Position numbers and translations under genes: made by a program
Assembly (NCBI GenBank): GCA_964522545.1
Contig: CAZFWM010000003.1
Location: 3,729 to 67,728 of the forward strand
DNA length: 64,000 nucleotides
Reading direction: 5' to 3'
Source: an uncultured Thermodesulfobacteriota bacterium
GTDB taxonomy: Bacteria > Desulfobacterota > DSWW01 > CAZFWM01
In this document: in pieces, positions 8,107 to 17,325 of the stretch
Layout: every line of letters starts with the position of its first letter
Position numbering within the stretch: the first letter of the stretch is position 1
The notes under the pieces: generated by a model
Told to the model about the DNA's origin: nothing
The model's database searches: none
What the model saw: only the letters and a program-made list of their open reading frames with translations

Positions 8107-9476
8107 CGCTCTTCCCGTTGGTCTTCCCAAAGATTTTGCAGGGCGGTCTCGATGCGTTCGGCCCGCTCGGCCCATCGGTCGCCGATATCCTCGAGCTCAT
8201 CTGCCAGGCACTCCAGTCCCAGGTTCCCGGGTGCCCCGAGGCTGGATCTCTCCTTGATGAGGACGAGCGGATCTTCCGGCGAGAAATCCCTTCCCTCCGA
8301 GACCTGCCCGGCAACCTCGCGGTAGGCCTCTCTGAAGGGAGTGCCCCCTCTCACGCGGCGATACACTTCGTCCGTGGCAAAGAGCTCCCCTCGGCACGCG
8401 GCCCCGGCCCTCTGCTCGTCGACCTCCAGCCCCTCGACCAGCTTCGTGCAGATCTCCAGTCCCTGGGCGACCGTGTCCACGGCATCCATGCAGGGCCCTT
8501 TGAGGGTCTGCAGGTCCCGGTGATAGCCGGACGGGAGGGCCTGGACCGTGTTCGTCGCCTGCCCGAGGTAGCCAGCCACCTTTGCGGCCTTGGCCCGCAA
8601 TATCTCGAGTACGTCGGGGTTCTTTTTGTGGGGCATGATGGAGGAGCCGGTGGTGAAGGCATCGGGGATTTTTACAAAGCCCGTGAGCTCATCCGAGAAG
8701 GCGATCAGGTCCGCCGCGATCCGGGCGAGGTCCTGGGAATACATTGCGGTCACAGCCAGAAGGGCCACGGCATCCTTGCCGCGGCTCGCCTGGGTGGAGA
8801 GGACGTTGACCTGGAGGATGTCGAAGCCGAGGCGCTCGGCCGTCTCCTCTCGATCCAGCGGCAGGGGAACCCCGTAGCCCGCGCCCGCGCCAAGGGGACA
8901 TCGGTCCGCCATGGCAAAGGCCATCTCGGAGAAGCAGATCGACTCGAGCAGACCTTCCGCCTGGGCCCCGGCCCACAGGCCCCAGGTCGAGGGCATGGCC
9001 TGGCGGTGGTGGGTGTAGCCAGGAATCACGATCCCCTCCCCTTCTGCAGCCGCAGAGAGAAACAGGTCGGCCAGAGCGATGGCACGGTTCGCCAGGCAGA
9101 TCAGGGCGTCGCGCAAATAGAGCCGGATCATGGTGAGGGCCTGGTCGTTGCGCGAGCGCCCGGCATGGATAGTCTTACCGGTCTCTCCGGCCCGCGAGAC
9201 CAGGAACTCCTCCAGAGCGGTGTGGGCGTCCTCGGACTCGACGGTCACGGTCAGCTCTCCCGCCTCCCACGCGGTCTTCGCCTCCCAGAGGGCCGCCCGC
9301 AGGGCCTTGCGCTGCTCCCCGGTTATCACCCCCGCCTTGAAGATGGCCTCCAGGTGGGCCAGGCTGCCCATGATGTCGTAGATGAGCAGGGAGCTGTCCA
9401 GCACCGGGTCGTCGCCGGTGGTGAAGGCCAGCATGTCCGGATCGAGGGGCACGCCCTTTTCCCATAGCTTTGCCAT
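8103..9476 (-). CDS. argH: Argininosuccinate lyase
   Basis: 457 aa. Fumarate-lyase signature GSSIMPHKKNPD. N-terminus KLWEKG...D. Confidence 0.95.
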   Translation of the reverse strand: MAKLWEKGVPLDPDMLAFTTGDDPVLDSSLLIYDIMGSLAHLEAIFKAGVITGEQRKALRAALWEAKTAWEAGELTVTVESEDAHTALEEFLVSRAGETGKTIHAGRSRNDQALTMIRLYLRDALICLANRAIALADLFLSAAAEGEGIVIPGYTHHRQAMPSTWGLWAGAQAEGLLESICFSEMAFAMADRCPLGAGAGYGVPLPLDREETAERLGFDILQVNVLSTQASRGKDAVALLAVTAMYSQDLARIAADLIAFSDELTGFVKIPDAFTTGSSIMPHKKNPDVLEILRAKAAKVAGYLGQATNTVQALPSGYHRDLQTLKGPCMDAVDTVAQGLEICTKLVEGLEVDEQRAGAACRGELFATDEVYRRVRGGTPFREAYREVAGQVSEGRDFSPEDPLVLIKERSSLGAPGNLGLECLADELEDIGDRWAERAERIETALQNLWEDQREER

Positions 9477-9479
9477 GTC

Positions 9480-10544
9480 TCAGCCTCCGAGATAGTGTGT
9501 TGCGAGATGGGTGAACATTTCCACGGCCCGGGTCACTTCACCGACCTCGATGTATTCGTCGGGGCGGTGCGAGAGCAGCGGGTCGCCCGGGCCCATCTTC
9601 ACGGCCGGTAAATCGAGAAAGGCCCAGTCCGAAGCCGTGGGCGATCCGATGAGCTCTGCCCCGGGATTCGTCTGCACGGCGCTCCGGACGATCTCCTCGT
9701 TTTCATCCGTGGAGCAGGGCCGGTAGCGGCCGGAGTGGGGATGGATCTCCGAGCTCAGGGCCTTTTCCAGACGCCGAATCCACTCATCGTGAGAGCGGCT
9801 TGGAACGGTCCTGATGTCGATGGTGAACTCGCAAAGCTCAGGAATGATGTTGTGCGCGCTGCCCCCGCTGATCACGGTGGCCGCGGCCTTCGAAACGCCG
9901 AGAAAGGGATCCTCCGGGCCCGGGTCGATCTTTGAGAGGGCCAGGATGTCCGCGGCGGCCACTTCGATGGCGTTGACCGTGCCCTCTGGCCTGCCGGCGT
10001 GGCCGGTCTTTCCATTGGCCACGGCCGTGATCACCAGGAGGCCCCGCTGCCGAATACAGATCTCTAGCGAAGTGGGCTCTCCGACCACGGCCGCATCGAT
10101 CGGTCCGATGAGTTCGAGCAGATCTATCAAACCGCTCTTTCCCGTTTCTTCTCCGGAGGTAAGTGCAACTATGAGCCTGCCTGCCGGCGGCCGCATGCTC
10201 AATCCGCAGGCCGTGAATGCGGCGACACTCGCCTTGTCGTCGACTGCGCCCCGCCCGTAGAGCCTCCCTACCCTCTCCTCGGCGCCGAAGGGGTCCACGC
10301 TCCAGCCCTCTCCCGGCGCGACCGTGTCGATGTGGGCGGCCAGCAGCAGGGTCTTGCCCTGAGCGGCCCCCGCGCGTTCGAACCAGACGCTGTCGCCGCT
10401 CCTCTGCGGGGCGGCCCCGCGCTCCGAGAGGTAGTCGGACAGCCAGTCCGCGGCCGCTCGCTCCTCGCCGGAGACGCTCGGAAGGTGGATCAGCGATCGA
10501 AGCAGATCTACGGCGTCACAGTTCGGTTTCATTGATTCCTTCAC
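9480..10544 (-). CDS. argE: M20-family deacylase (ArgE/DapE type). The operon context suggests an acetylornithine or acetylcitrulline deacetylase.
   Basis: LIHLPSVSGEE, HIDTV, GRGAVDDK and SGEE metal-ligand motifs. It sits between argB and argH. The substrate is not determinable by eye. Confidence 0.7.
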   Translation of the reverse strand: MKESMKPNCDAVDLLRSLIHLPSVSGEERAAADWLSDYLSERGAAPQRSGDSVWFERAGAAQGKTLLLAAHIDTVAPGEGWSVDPFGAEERVGRLYGRGAVDDKASVAAFTACGLSMRPPAGRLIVALTSGEETGKSGLIDLLELIGPIDAAVVGEPTSLEICIRQRGLLVITAVANGKTGHAGRPEGTVNAIEVAAADILALSKIDPGPEDPFLGVSKAAATVISGGSAHNIIPELCEFTIDIRTVPSRSHDEWIRRLEKALSSEIHPHSGRYRPCSTDENEEIVRSAVQTNPGAELIGSPTASDWAFLDLPAVKMGPGDPLLSHRPDEYIEVGEVTRAVEMFTHLATHYLGG

Positions 10545-11427
10545 GGCGCGAGACGATCATGGTGCCGCTCCCCCGGTTGGTGAAGATCTCGCCCAGCAGG
10601 GCATCGGGCTTGGTGCCGTGGACCATGTGGGCCCGATCCACACCGCCGGTTACGGCCTTCACGCAGGCCTCCACCTTTGGAAGCATGCCTCCCTTGATGC
10701 CCCCCGCGCCGATCATCTCGTCGATGTCGGAGGGATCGGCGTAAGAGACCAGGGAGGAGGGATCGCCGGGATCTCTCAGCAGGCCGGGCACGTCCACCAG
10801 GTAGATCAGCTTGCCTGCCCCGAGCTCTACGGCAAGGGTCATCGAAAAAGTGTCGGCGTTCACATTGAGGGGCGATTCGTCCGGGTCCCCGGCAACGCAC
10901 GCCAGGACCGGTGTGTACCCGCCGTCGAGCATGTGGCGGATGAGGCCGGGGTCGATCGCCTCGACATCCCCGACCAGGCCGAAGTCCACGGTCTTTTCCC
11001 GGCCGTCCTCCTGGTCGACCAAGGTCACGGGGGGGCGCCGTGCGGCCGAGACGGTGGAGCCATCGAGACCGGTCAGGCCGACTGCGGCCAGGCCGTGCCG
11101 GGAGAGTGCGGACACAAGGTCCATGTTCAGCCTGCCTGCCACCACCATGATGAGGGCCTCCAGGGAAGCCTCATCGGTGATCCGGCGGCCGTTGACCTTG
11201 CGGATCTCGCCGCCCCGCTCTCGGATCAGGCTGTCCACCTGGGGGCCGCCGCCGTGGACGAGCACCGGGAGGATGCCCACGTGATAGAGCACGGCCACCT
11301 GCTCCGCGATCCGGTCGAGTGCTTCGGGCATGAACATCTCTCCGCCTAGCTTGATCACGAACACGGCACGCTGGTACCGGCGGATGTACGGAAGAGCGCT
11401 GCGCAGCTGCAAGATCGAGTCGTTCAT
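10516..11427 (-). CDS. argB: Acetylglutamate kinase
   Basis: FVIKLGG, VLVHGGGPQ, NVNAD and GGMLPK motifs. The ATG at 11427 forms an ATGA overlap with the argF' stop. 303 aa with no fused GNAT domain. Confidence 0.93.
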   Translation of the reverse strand: MNDSILQLRSALPYIRRYQRAVFVIKLGGEMFMPEALDRIAEQVAVLYHVGILPVLVHGGGPQVDSLIRERGGEIRKVNGRRITDEASLEALIMVVAGRLNMDLVSALSRHGLAAVGLTGLDGSTVSAARRPPVTLVDQEDGREKTVDFGLVGDVEAIDPGLIRHMLDGGYTPVLACVAGDPDESPLNVNADTFSMTLAVELGAGKLIYLVDVPGLLRDPGDPSSLVSYADPSDIDEMIGAGGIKGGMLPKVEACVKAVTGGVDRAHMVHGTKPDALLGEIFTNRGSGTMIVSRREGINETEL

Positions 11428-12419
11428 TTCTTGCCTCCCTTTAACAACATCTCTAGTAAAGCCATCTGGGCCCAGATTCGGTTCACCGCCTGCCCGGTGA
11501 CCGCATTCTGAGGGCCGTCGAGCACGCCGTCCGTGACCACCACATTCCTGCGGACCGGCAGGCAATGCATGAAGATGGCCGACTCGCTCTTCTCCATTCT
11601 CTCTTCATTTACGATCCAGTCGCTGAGTGACGGCGGTGTGAGCTGGCCGTAGTTGGAGACGGGGCTCCACGATTTGGCATAGACCGCTCGCTGGCCGCTG
11701 AAGGCCGCATCCGGGTCGTGGACGATCCGAAGCCGTCCACCGCGGCTATCCGCCAGCGCCCCCATCTCCTCCTGAAAGGCGGGGTCCATGTCGTAGCCTT
11801 CCGGGAAGGCGAGGGTGACGGAGAGCCCGAAGGAGGCCGCGGCGTGCAAGGCGCTTCGAGGCACGGCCTGGGGAAGGGGCTTCGGGTGATAGGCCCAGGT
11901 CAGCAGAAACGGGTCACCCGGGGAGCTCAGGCCGTGCTCTTTCAACGTCAGCATGTCCGCAAGCTCCTGGCAGGGGTGTGCGAGCGGTGATTCCAGATTG
12001 ACCACGGGGCAGGGTGCCTCGCGCGAGAAGATGGAGAGAAGCTCCTGCCTCCGGTCCTCCTCGAAATCCTCCATGGCCGGAAACGCACGGAGGCCGAGGG
12101 CGTCGAAATAGTTTCCCAGCACCCGTGCCTGTTCCTTGACGTGCTCGGCCTTGTCCCCGTCCATCACGGCCCCCTCGGCGGTCTCCACGGACCAGGCGCC
12201 CTTGCCCGGCTCGATCGTGACCGGCGTGATGCCGAGCTTGGCGCAGGCGATGTCGAAGGAGGCCCGCGTGCGGAGCGAAGGATTGAAATAGACGGACCCG
12301 AAGGTCTTCCTGCCGAGGTCGGCAGGGGCGGCCCCGGCCTTCAGGTCCGCGGCCCGCGCAAGAAGCCCCAGGATCTCTTCTTGAGAAAATACCGAGAGGT
12401 CTACAACGTCGCGTTTCAT
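11424..12419 (-). CDS. argF': N-acetyl (or N-succinyl) ornithine carbamoyltransferase, the Xanthomonas/Bacteroides-type ArgF'
   Basis: FNPSLRTRASF, PGKGAWSVE....VMDGD..EH, HPCQELAD, LTWAYHPKPL, VYAKSW (in place of the canonical D.W.SMG loop) and HCLPVRRN. Confidence 0.75.
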   Translation of the reverse strand: MKRDVVDLSVFSQEEILGLLARAADLKAGAAPADLGRKTFGSVYFNPSLRTRASFDIACAKLGITPVTIEPGKGAWSVETAEGAVMDGDKAEHVKEQARVLGNYFDALGLRAFPAMEDFEEDRRQELLSIFSREAPCPVVNLESPLAHPCQELADMLTLKEHGLSSPGDPFLLTWAYHPKPLPQAVPRSALHAAASFGLSVTLAFPEGYDMDPAFQEEMGALADSRGGRLRIVHDPDAAFSGQRAVYAKSWSPVSNYGQLTPPSLSDWIVNEERMEKSESAIFMHCLPVRRNVVVTDGVLDGPQNAVTGQAVNRIWAQMALLEMLLKGGKK

Positions 12420-12440
12420 GATTTCCTTCCTTGTTCGGCC

Positions 12441-12603
12441 TTCCCTCGTTCCGAGGCTCCGCCTCTTTTCCTCGTTCCGAGGCTCCGCCTCGGAACGGGC
12501 TCTATAGGGCCACTGCCCCGTCCGGCCAATATGTGTATTGTCCTCAATTATGGGAGGCGGAGCCTCCCGGATTGCGATCCCAGGAAGAGCCTGGGATCGA
12601 GGT
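12441..12603. repeat. Intercistronic repeat cluster between argF' and argD
   Basis: Direct duplication of CCTCGTTCCGAGGCTCCGCCTC (12444-12465 and 12470-12491). Also the hairpin GTTCCGAGG..CCTCGGAAC, the inverted partner GGGAGGCGGAGCCTCCC (12552-12568), and the hairpin GATCCCAGG-aagag-CCTGGGATC. Confidence 0.75.
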
Positions 12604-12628
12604 AGAGAACTATTGAATAGGCTCCCTA

Positions 12629-13774
12629 TTATTTTTTCAGTACGTCCCCTAGCTCTCCGGCAAATTTCTCCAGCTCTTGATGAGTGACGATCAGCGGCGG
12701 GGTGAGTCGGATGACTTTTTCATCAAAGGCGCTTCCCACCAGAATGCCTCTGTTTCTCAGCTCGAGGATCACAGGCCCGGCCTTTTCCTCCAGAACGATG
12801 CCGAGCAGCAAGCCCGCACCCTGGACGCGGACCACCCCGGGCAGACCACGCAGGAGCTCTCGAAGGAAGCGCTCGCAGTCTGATGCGTTCTGCGCCAGGT
12901 CCTCTTCGGCCACCACATCCAGGGTGGCCAGGGCCGCGGCACATGCAAGGGGACCTCCTCCGAAGGTTGTGCCCAGGTCCCCCGGCTTTACCTTCCCGGC
13001 AATATCTTCGTTGACCAGCAACGCCGAAATCGGAAATCCCGAGCCGAGACCCTTGGCCAATGTGATCATATCGGGGGTTACGCCGTACCTGGAGACACCG
13101 GTGAAAGCGCCGAGCCTGCCGACGCCGGTCTGGACTTCGTCCAAGACGAGCATGGCGCCCACGGCGCGCGTGAGCTCGGCCGCGGCGGTCCAGAATCCGT
13201 CCGGCGGAGACAGCGCGCCCGCCAGGCCCTGCACAGGCTCCCCGATCACCGCGGCCACCTCCGGAGAGAGGGCCGTCGCGAGGGCCTCAGCGCTGCCGAA
13301 GGGGAGGATCTCCACATCGGCCACCAGGGGGCGGCCGTCGACCACGGTCCTGGCGCGGTGCTTTTCCAATCCGCAGGCCGAAAGGACGCCGAGGGTTCTG
13401 CCGTGGAACCCACCGGCAAAGGCGATGATCTTTCGCCTTCCTGTGATCATCCGCGCCAGGGCGAGGGCGGCTTCGTTCGCCTCTGCCCCGGAATTGATGA
13501 AAAAAGCGGCGGCCGCGCCCGGCACGGCCTCGGTGAGCCTTTCGGTAAGCTCGCGCCGCACCTGAAAATCGACCATGTTCGAGTAAAAGAGGATCTTGTC
13601 GCACTGGTTCTTGATCGCCTCCATCACTTTAGGGTGGCAGTGACCGGTGCTCGCGACCGCGTGCCCGGCATAGAGGTCCAGGTAGCGCCGGCCCTCGCTG
13701 TCGGTCACGTAGCATCCCGAGCCGGACACCAGCTCGATCCCCCAACGCGAGTAAACGGTAAGCTCATGTTCCAC
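12629..13774 (-). CDS. argD: Acetylornithine aminotransferase (class III PLP)
   Basis: 381 aa. GHCHP, FF.NSGAEANE, DEVQTG.GR.G and TLAKGLG (PLP lysine). Confidence 0.9.
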   Translation of the reverse strand: MEHELTVYSRWGIELVSGSGCYVTDSEGRRYLDLYAGHAVASTGHCHPKVMEAIKNQCDKILFYSNMVDFQVRRELTERLTEAVPGAAAAFFINSGAEANEAALALARMITGRRKIIAFAGGFHGRTLGVLSACGLEKHRARTVVDGRPLVADVEILPFGSAEALATALSPEVAAVIGEPVQGLAGALSPPDGFWTAAAELTRAVGAMLVLDEVQTGVGRLGAFTGVSRYGVTPDMITLAKGLGSGFPISALLVNEDIAGKVKPGDLGTTFGGGPLACAAALATLDVVAEEDLAQNASDCERFLRELLRGLPGVVRVQGAGLLLGIVLEEKAGPVILELRNRGILVGSAFDEKVIRLTPPLIVTHQELEKFAGELGDVLKK

Positions 13775-13830
13775 TGATATAGCCTTTCTGTGACAACAAT
13801 GCTTTAGCTAAACGCTATGAGAAGAAAAAT

Positions 13831-13950
13831 TCTGAGGAACCCAGGAACCCAGGAAAAGAGAAAAAAGTATTGTAATCGTTGAGACCCAAATGGACTCGTT
13901 ATAGCATCCTTCTCATTTTTTCCTTTCTTGGGTTCCTGGGTTCCTCAGAG
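13831..13950. repeat. Family B palindrome, copy B1 (arms CTGAGGAACCCAGGAACCCAGG)
   Basis: Arms at 13831-13853 and 13927-13950. It lies between argC and argD. Confidence 0.85.
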
Positions 13951-13993
13951 GTATAATTACTATGCTTCCAGCTCGAAAATACAATCACAGACA

Positions 13994-15028
13994 CTAATAC
14001 GGATTGAACCCGACCGCCTTGAGCCCGGCCGTTTCTTCGAGGCCGAGGGCCAGATTCATTGCCTGGACCGCCTGGCCCGAGGCCCCCTTCACCAGATTAT
14101 CCAGAGCCGACATGAGAATGAGCTCCCCTTCCGAGACCGAGTGCCCGACGAGCGAGTGGTTCGTGCCCAGCACCGGGGTCAGGTTCGGTGATCCCTTCAC
14201 AAGGTGTATGAACGGATTTTCCTCGGCCCAGGCCTGCAGGGCCCCGGCCACGCGACGACCGTCCCAGTCCAGGGTCAGCTTCGTGTGCAGGGTCGTGAAG
14301 ATGCCGCGCACAAAGGGGCCGGAGTGTGTGATCAGCCTGTACCTGTTATTTTCACCCATACGATCGAGCTGCTGCCGGACCTCGGGCTCGTGCTGATGGG
14401 TGAAGATCTTGTAGGCGCACACATTGACGTTGCGCCGCGGGTGGTGGGTGCCCGGAATGGGCTGGGCGCCGGATCCGGACGACCCGGTCACCGCAAACGA
14501 TACGATCGGCCCGGCAATGGCGCCGGTCCCGGCCAGGGCCGAGAGCGCGACCAGGCTCCCCGTTGCGAAACACCCCGGGCAGCAGAGCCGACGCGCTCCC
14601 TGAATGGCGGCCCTGTTCGCCTCCGGAAATGCATACGTGAAGGTGGGAGTGAGGTCGAAGGCGAGGTGCTCACCGTAGTAATGCGCGTGGGTCCCCTGGT
14701 CCGTCAGCCTGAAATCCCCGGCCAGGTCTATGAACAAGACATCCGGGGCGGCCCGGAACACCCAAGGGGCGGCCGCAGAGCTCTCGCCGTGGGGGAGGCA
14801 GCTGAACACCACGTCCGCACCCGAGGCCGATTCCTCGGGCCCTCCTCCCAGGAGCTTCCGCTCTTCCCCGATGAGATTCGGGTGGGCCTCGGACCATGGT
14901 CTTCCGGGGGCGGACCGGCTGTAGGCCCGGATCGAGTCCACGGCCGGATGGGCCCGCAGGATCCTCAGAAGCTCCCCGCCCGTGTAGCCGGCGGCACCCA
15001 GGACTGCTACATCTACGGTCTTTTCCAC
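13994..15028 (-). CDS. argC: N-acetyl-gamma-glutamyl-phosphate reductase
   Basis: VLGAAGYTGGELLR N-terminus and the active-site block CCPGCFATG. Confidence 0.92.
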   Translation of the reverse strand: MEKTVDVAVLGAAGYTGGELLRILRAHPAVDSIRAYSRSAPGRPWSEAHPNLIGEERKLLGGGPEESASGADVVFSCLPHGESSAAAPWVFRAAPDVLFIDLAGDFRLTDQGTHAHYYGEHLAFDLTPTFTYAFPEANRAAIQGARRLCCPGCFATGSLVALSALAGTGAIAGPIVSFAVTGSSGSGAQPIPGTHHPRRNVNVCAYKIFTHQHEPEVRQQLDRMGENNRYRLITHSGPFVRGIFTTLHTKLTLDWDGRRVAGALQAWAEENPFIHLVKGSPNLTPVLGTNHSLVGHSVSEGELILMSALDNLVKGASGQAVQAMNLALGLEETAGLKAVGFNPY

Positions 15029-16074
15029 GACTTCACCTTTCCGATAAGGAACTCACTCAGTTCGCCCGGGTCCTGGAATGCGTTGATGGCCGGGAGATCG
15101 AGGATTTCCCGGATCTGTGCTCGGCCGACTTCGTTGTCCGTGACGGGCCCGGATATCACCGAGATCGTCTGAGAGAATCGGTCTTGAAAGAGGAGGGCAG
15201 CCCCGTAGGCACCGACCGGATCGGCCGCGCAGAGCACATGGGCCGCCGCCAGGGACATGAGCCGCCCCTCTTCGAGGATTTCGGCCACTCCGTACTGCCC
15301 AAGGAGGCCGTCGCCGAGCTCGGCCACGATCACGTCCGGTTTCTCCTTGATCAGCTTATCGATGATACCCATGGAGATCGCCGGCGCATCGGTCGAGTCC
15401 GTGACCGGGGCGCCCGCGTCGGTGAAATCGAAGGCCGCCATGGCGCCCGCATCGGTCATGGTCGCCGTATCCCTCATGAGCGAAACACCGGTGAGCTTGC
15501 AGGCCGCCACTGCCAGGCGGGAGCGGACGAGCTCGCGGATGATCTCGCATGCGGCCGTGGTCTTTCCCGAGTTCATGGAGGTGCCGCTTATGTAGATGAC
15601 CGGGGCGTGGCCCGAAAGCCTGTCTGCCGCCTTGATCGGCCCGCTAAGGATGTGGGCGGGCACGCCGACCCTCGCCTCCATGGAGGGGAAGGCGAGCACA
15701 GCGCCGAGCACTTCGACGTCGAAGGGCCGCCCCAGCTTGGGGTGGAAGGCGGTGCACGCGCCGCAGACCCCGCCCATGTTGAGGATCTGCAGGGTGTCGC
15801 CGGCCCGGACCGTCTCGGGGACGACCCCGGCGAATCCCTGCGAAGCGGAGCGCGATCCCAGGGTGACGGCCAGGACGTCGTCCCTGCGCACCTTCACGAA
15901 CCGTCCCGTGAGGATCTCCACGTGGTCGTAAGTGACCTTGTCGTTGAGGACCTTGACCGCCAGCACATAGCCGGGTCTGGCCGTGATCTCATAGCCGATC
16001 GTGACATTCCGGGTGATGCCTGCGTGCCGGGTCGAGCTCGTTACTTTGTCGAGGTGCAGTACAGAGGTGATCAT
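15013..16074 (-). CDS. Uncharacterised protein: an unrecognised N-terminal domain of about 150 aa plus a P-loop domain (DTBS/CobQ/MinD-like or DUF1611-like)
   Basis: 353 aa. Walker-A-like GTSMNSGKT (aa 164-172) and DVIVAELGDG (aa 247-256). It has an ATGA overlap with the argG stop (16071-16074) and a 16-nt overlap with the argC start. Confidence 0.6.
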   Translation of the reverse strand: MITSVLHLDKVTSSTRHAGITRNVTIGYEITARPGYVLAVKVLNDKVTYDHVEILTGRFVKVRRDDVLAVTLGSRSASQGFAGVVPETVRAGDTLQILNMGGVCGACTAFHPKLGRPFDVEVLGAVLAFPSMEARVGVPAHILSGPIKAADRLSGHAPVIYISGTSMNSGKTTAACEIIRELVRSRLAVAACKLTGVSLMRDTATMTDAGAMAAFDFTDAGAPVTDSTDAPAISMGIIDKLIKEKPDVIVAELGDGLLGQYGVAEILEEGRLMSLAAAHVLCAADPVGAYGAALLFQDRFSQTISVISGPVTDNEVGRAQIREILDLPAINAFQDPGELSEFLIGKVKSWKRP

Positions 16075-17306
16075 TCCTTACTCCTTCCCTGGGCCCTACT
16101 CCTTTCACCGGCGGTCCTGTGGAGCAGCGACGGGATGGAGAGCAGGGTCGAAAAGCCCCTGGCGTCGCGGCCGTCCCAGAGCGAATTCTCCTCTCCGTAC
16201 CGGGCGATATCTTCGTTGATCAGGCTGTGAGGGCTCTGGACGCCGACGACCGAGAAGCGGCCCGGCTCGAGTCGCACGCGGACCCGGCCGGTGACTCTCT
16301 GCTGACTGGATGCCAGTAGGGCCTCGATGTCCCGCAGGGCCGGCTCGAAGTAGAGCCCCTCGTGGACCCACTTGCCGTACCAGGCGGCGAGCTGGTCCTT
16401 GATGAGCATCTGGTTTCCGGTGAGCACCAGTTTTTCCAGCTCCCGGTGGGCGGAGACGACCATGAGCGGGCCGGGCGCCTCGAAGGCGATGCGTCCCTTG
16501 ATCCCGAGCACCGTGTCGCCCAGGTGGATTCCGCGGCCGACGCGCCACTTGCGCCCGATCCGATTCAGGCGGCGCAGGGATTCTACCCCGCCCATCCCCT
16601 CTACCCCGCCAACCCCCTCGGACTCGATGGAGACCGGGAGTCCCTCTTCAAAGCCGATGCTGATTTCGCCTGCCCCTTGAGGCTCAGGGCCGACGTCGAA
16701 GGAGGCAAAGGCATCCTCGTCCGGGCCGGTCCATGGGTCGTGGGTCCATCCTCCTCCGAGAGTGGTCCCCCAGATGCCCTCGTTGACCGATAGGTCGAGC
16801 CGCTGTTCCTCGACGGCATGGCCGCGCTCTTTGAGATATTCGATCTCGCGGCCGCGGGTCCAGCCCTCGTCGCGCACGGGGGCGATGATTTTGAGCGAGG
16901 GGGCGATGACCTGGAAGGCGACGTCGAAGCGCACCCCGTCGTTGCCCGCTCCGGTAGCCCCGTGAGCGACCGCCTCGGCGTTCAGGGCGATCGCCTGCTC
17001 CGCCACCTTGCCGGCCTGGATCGTCCTCTCCGCGGCCACACACAGGGGGTAGATTCCCCCCTTGAGCACGTTGCCCCGGATCAGGTGGCTCAGGTAGTCG
17101 TCAAAGAGCTCGTCCACGGCGTCGATGGTTATGTGCTGCACGGCCCCGAGCGACAGGGCCCGCTCCTCAATGGCGGCGAGGTCTTCGCTGTTGAAGCCCC
17201 CGGTGTTCACCGTTGCCGTCACCACGTCGGTCTGGTATTTTTCGGAGAGATAGGGCACAAGGAATGAAGTGTCCAGGCCGCCCGAAAAGGCGAGCACGAT
17301 TTTCAT
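16071..17306 (-). CDS. argG: Argininosuccinate synthase
   Basis: MKIVLAFSGGLDTS N-terminus, with GGAGGAACAACC immediately before the ATG at 17306. The track ORF carries a 16-codon upstream extension. Confidence 0.95.
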   Translation of the reverse strand: MKIVLAFSGGLDTSFLVPYLSEKYQTDVVTATVNTGGFNSEDLAAIEERALSLGAVQHITIDAVDELFDDYLSHLIRGNVLKGGIYPLCVAAERTIQAGKVAEQAIALNAEAVAHGATGAGNDGVRFDVAFQVIAPSLKIIAPVRDEGWTRGREIEYLKERGHAVEEQRLDLSVNEGIWGTTLGGGWTHDPWTGPDEDAFASFDVGPEPQGAGEISIGFEEGLPVSIESEGVGGVEGMGGVESLRRLNRIGRKWRVGRGIHLGDTVLGIKGRIAFEAPGPLMVVSAHRELEKLVLTGNQMLIKDQLAAWYGKWVHEGLYFEPALRDIEALLASSQQRVTGRVRVRLEPGRFSVVGVQSPHSLINEDIARYGEENSLWDGRDARGFSTLLSIPSLLHRTAGERSRAQGRSKE

Positions 17307-17325
17307 GGTTGTTCCTCCAATCATT

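Noticed and set aside
8118-9467. 449-aa plus-strand ORF antisense to argH. Similar long antisense or off-frame ORFs occur at 10618-11349, 12684-13565, 14204-15172 and 14896-16230.
   Set aside because: The translations are Arg/Gly/Pro-rich and low in complexity, as expected for the wrong frame of high-GC DNA. The opposite strand encodes proteins with unmistakable enzyme signatures (argH, argB, argD, argC).
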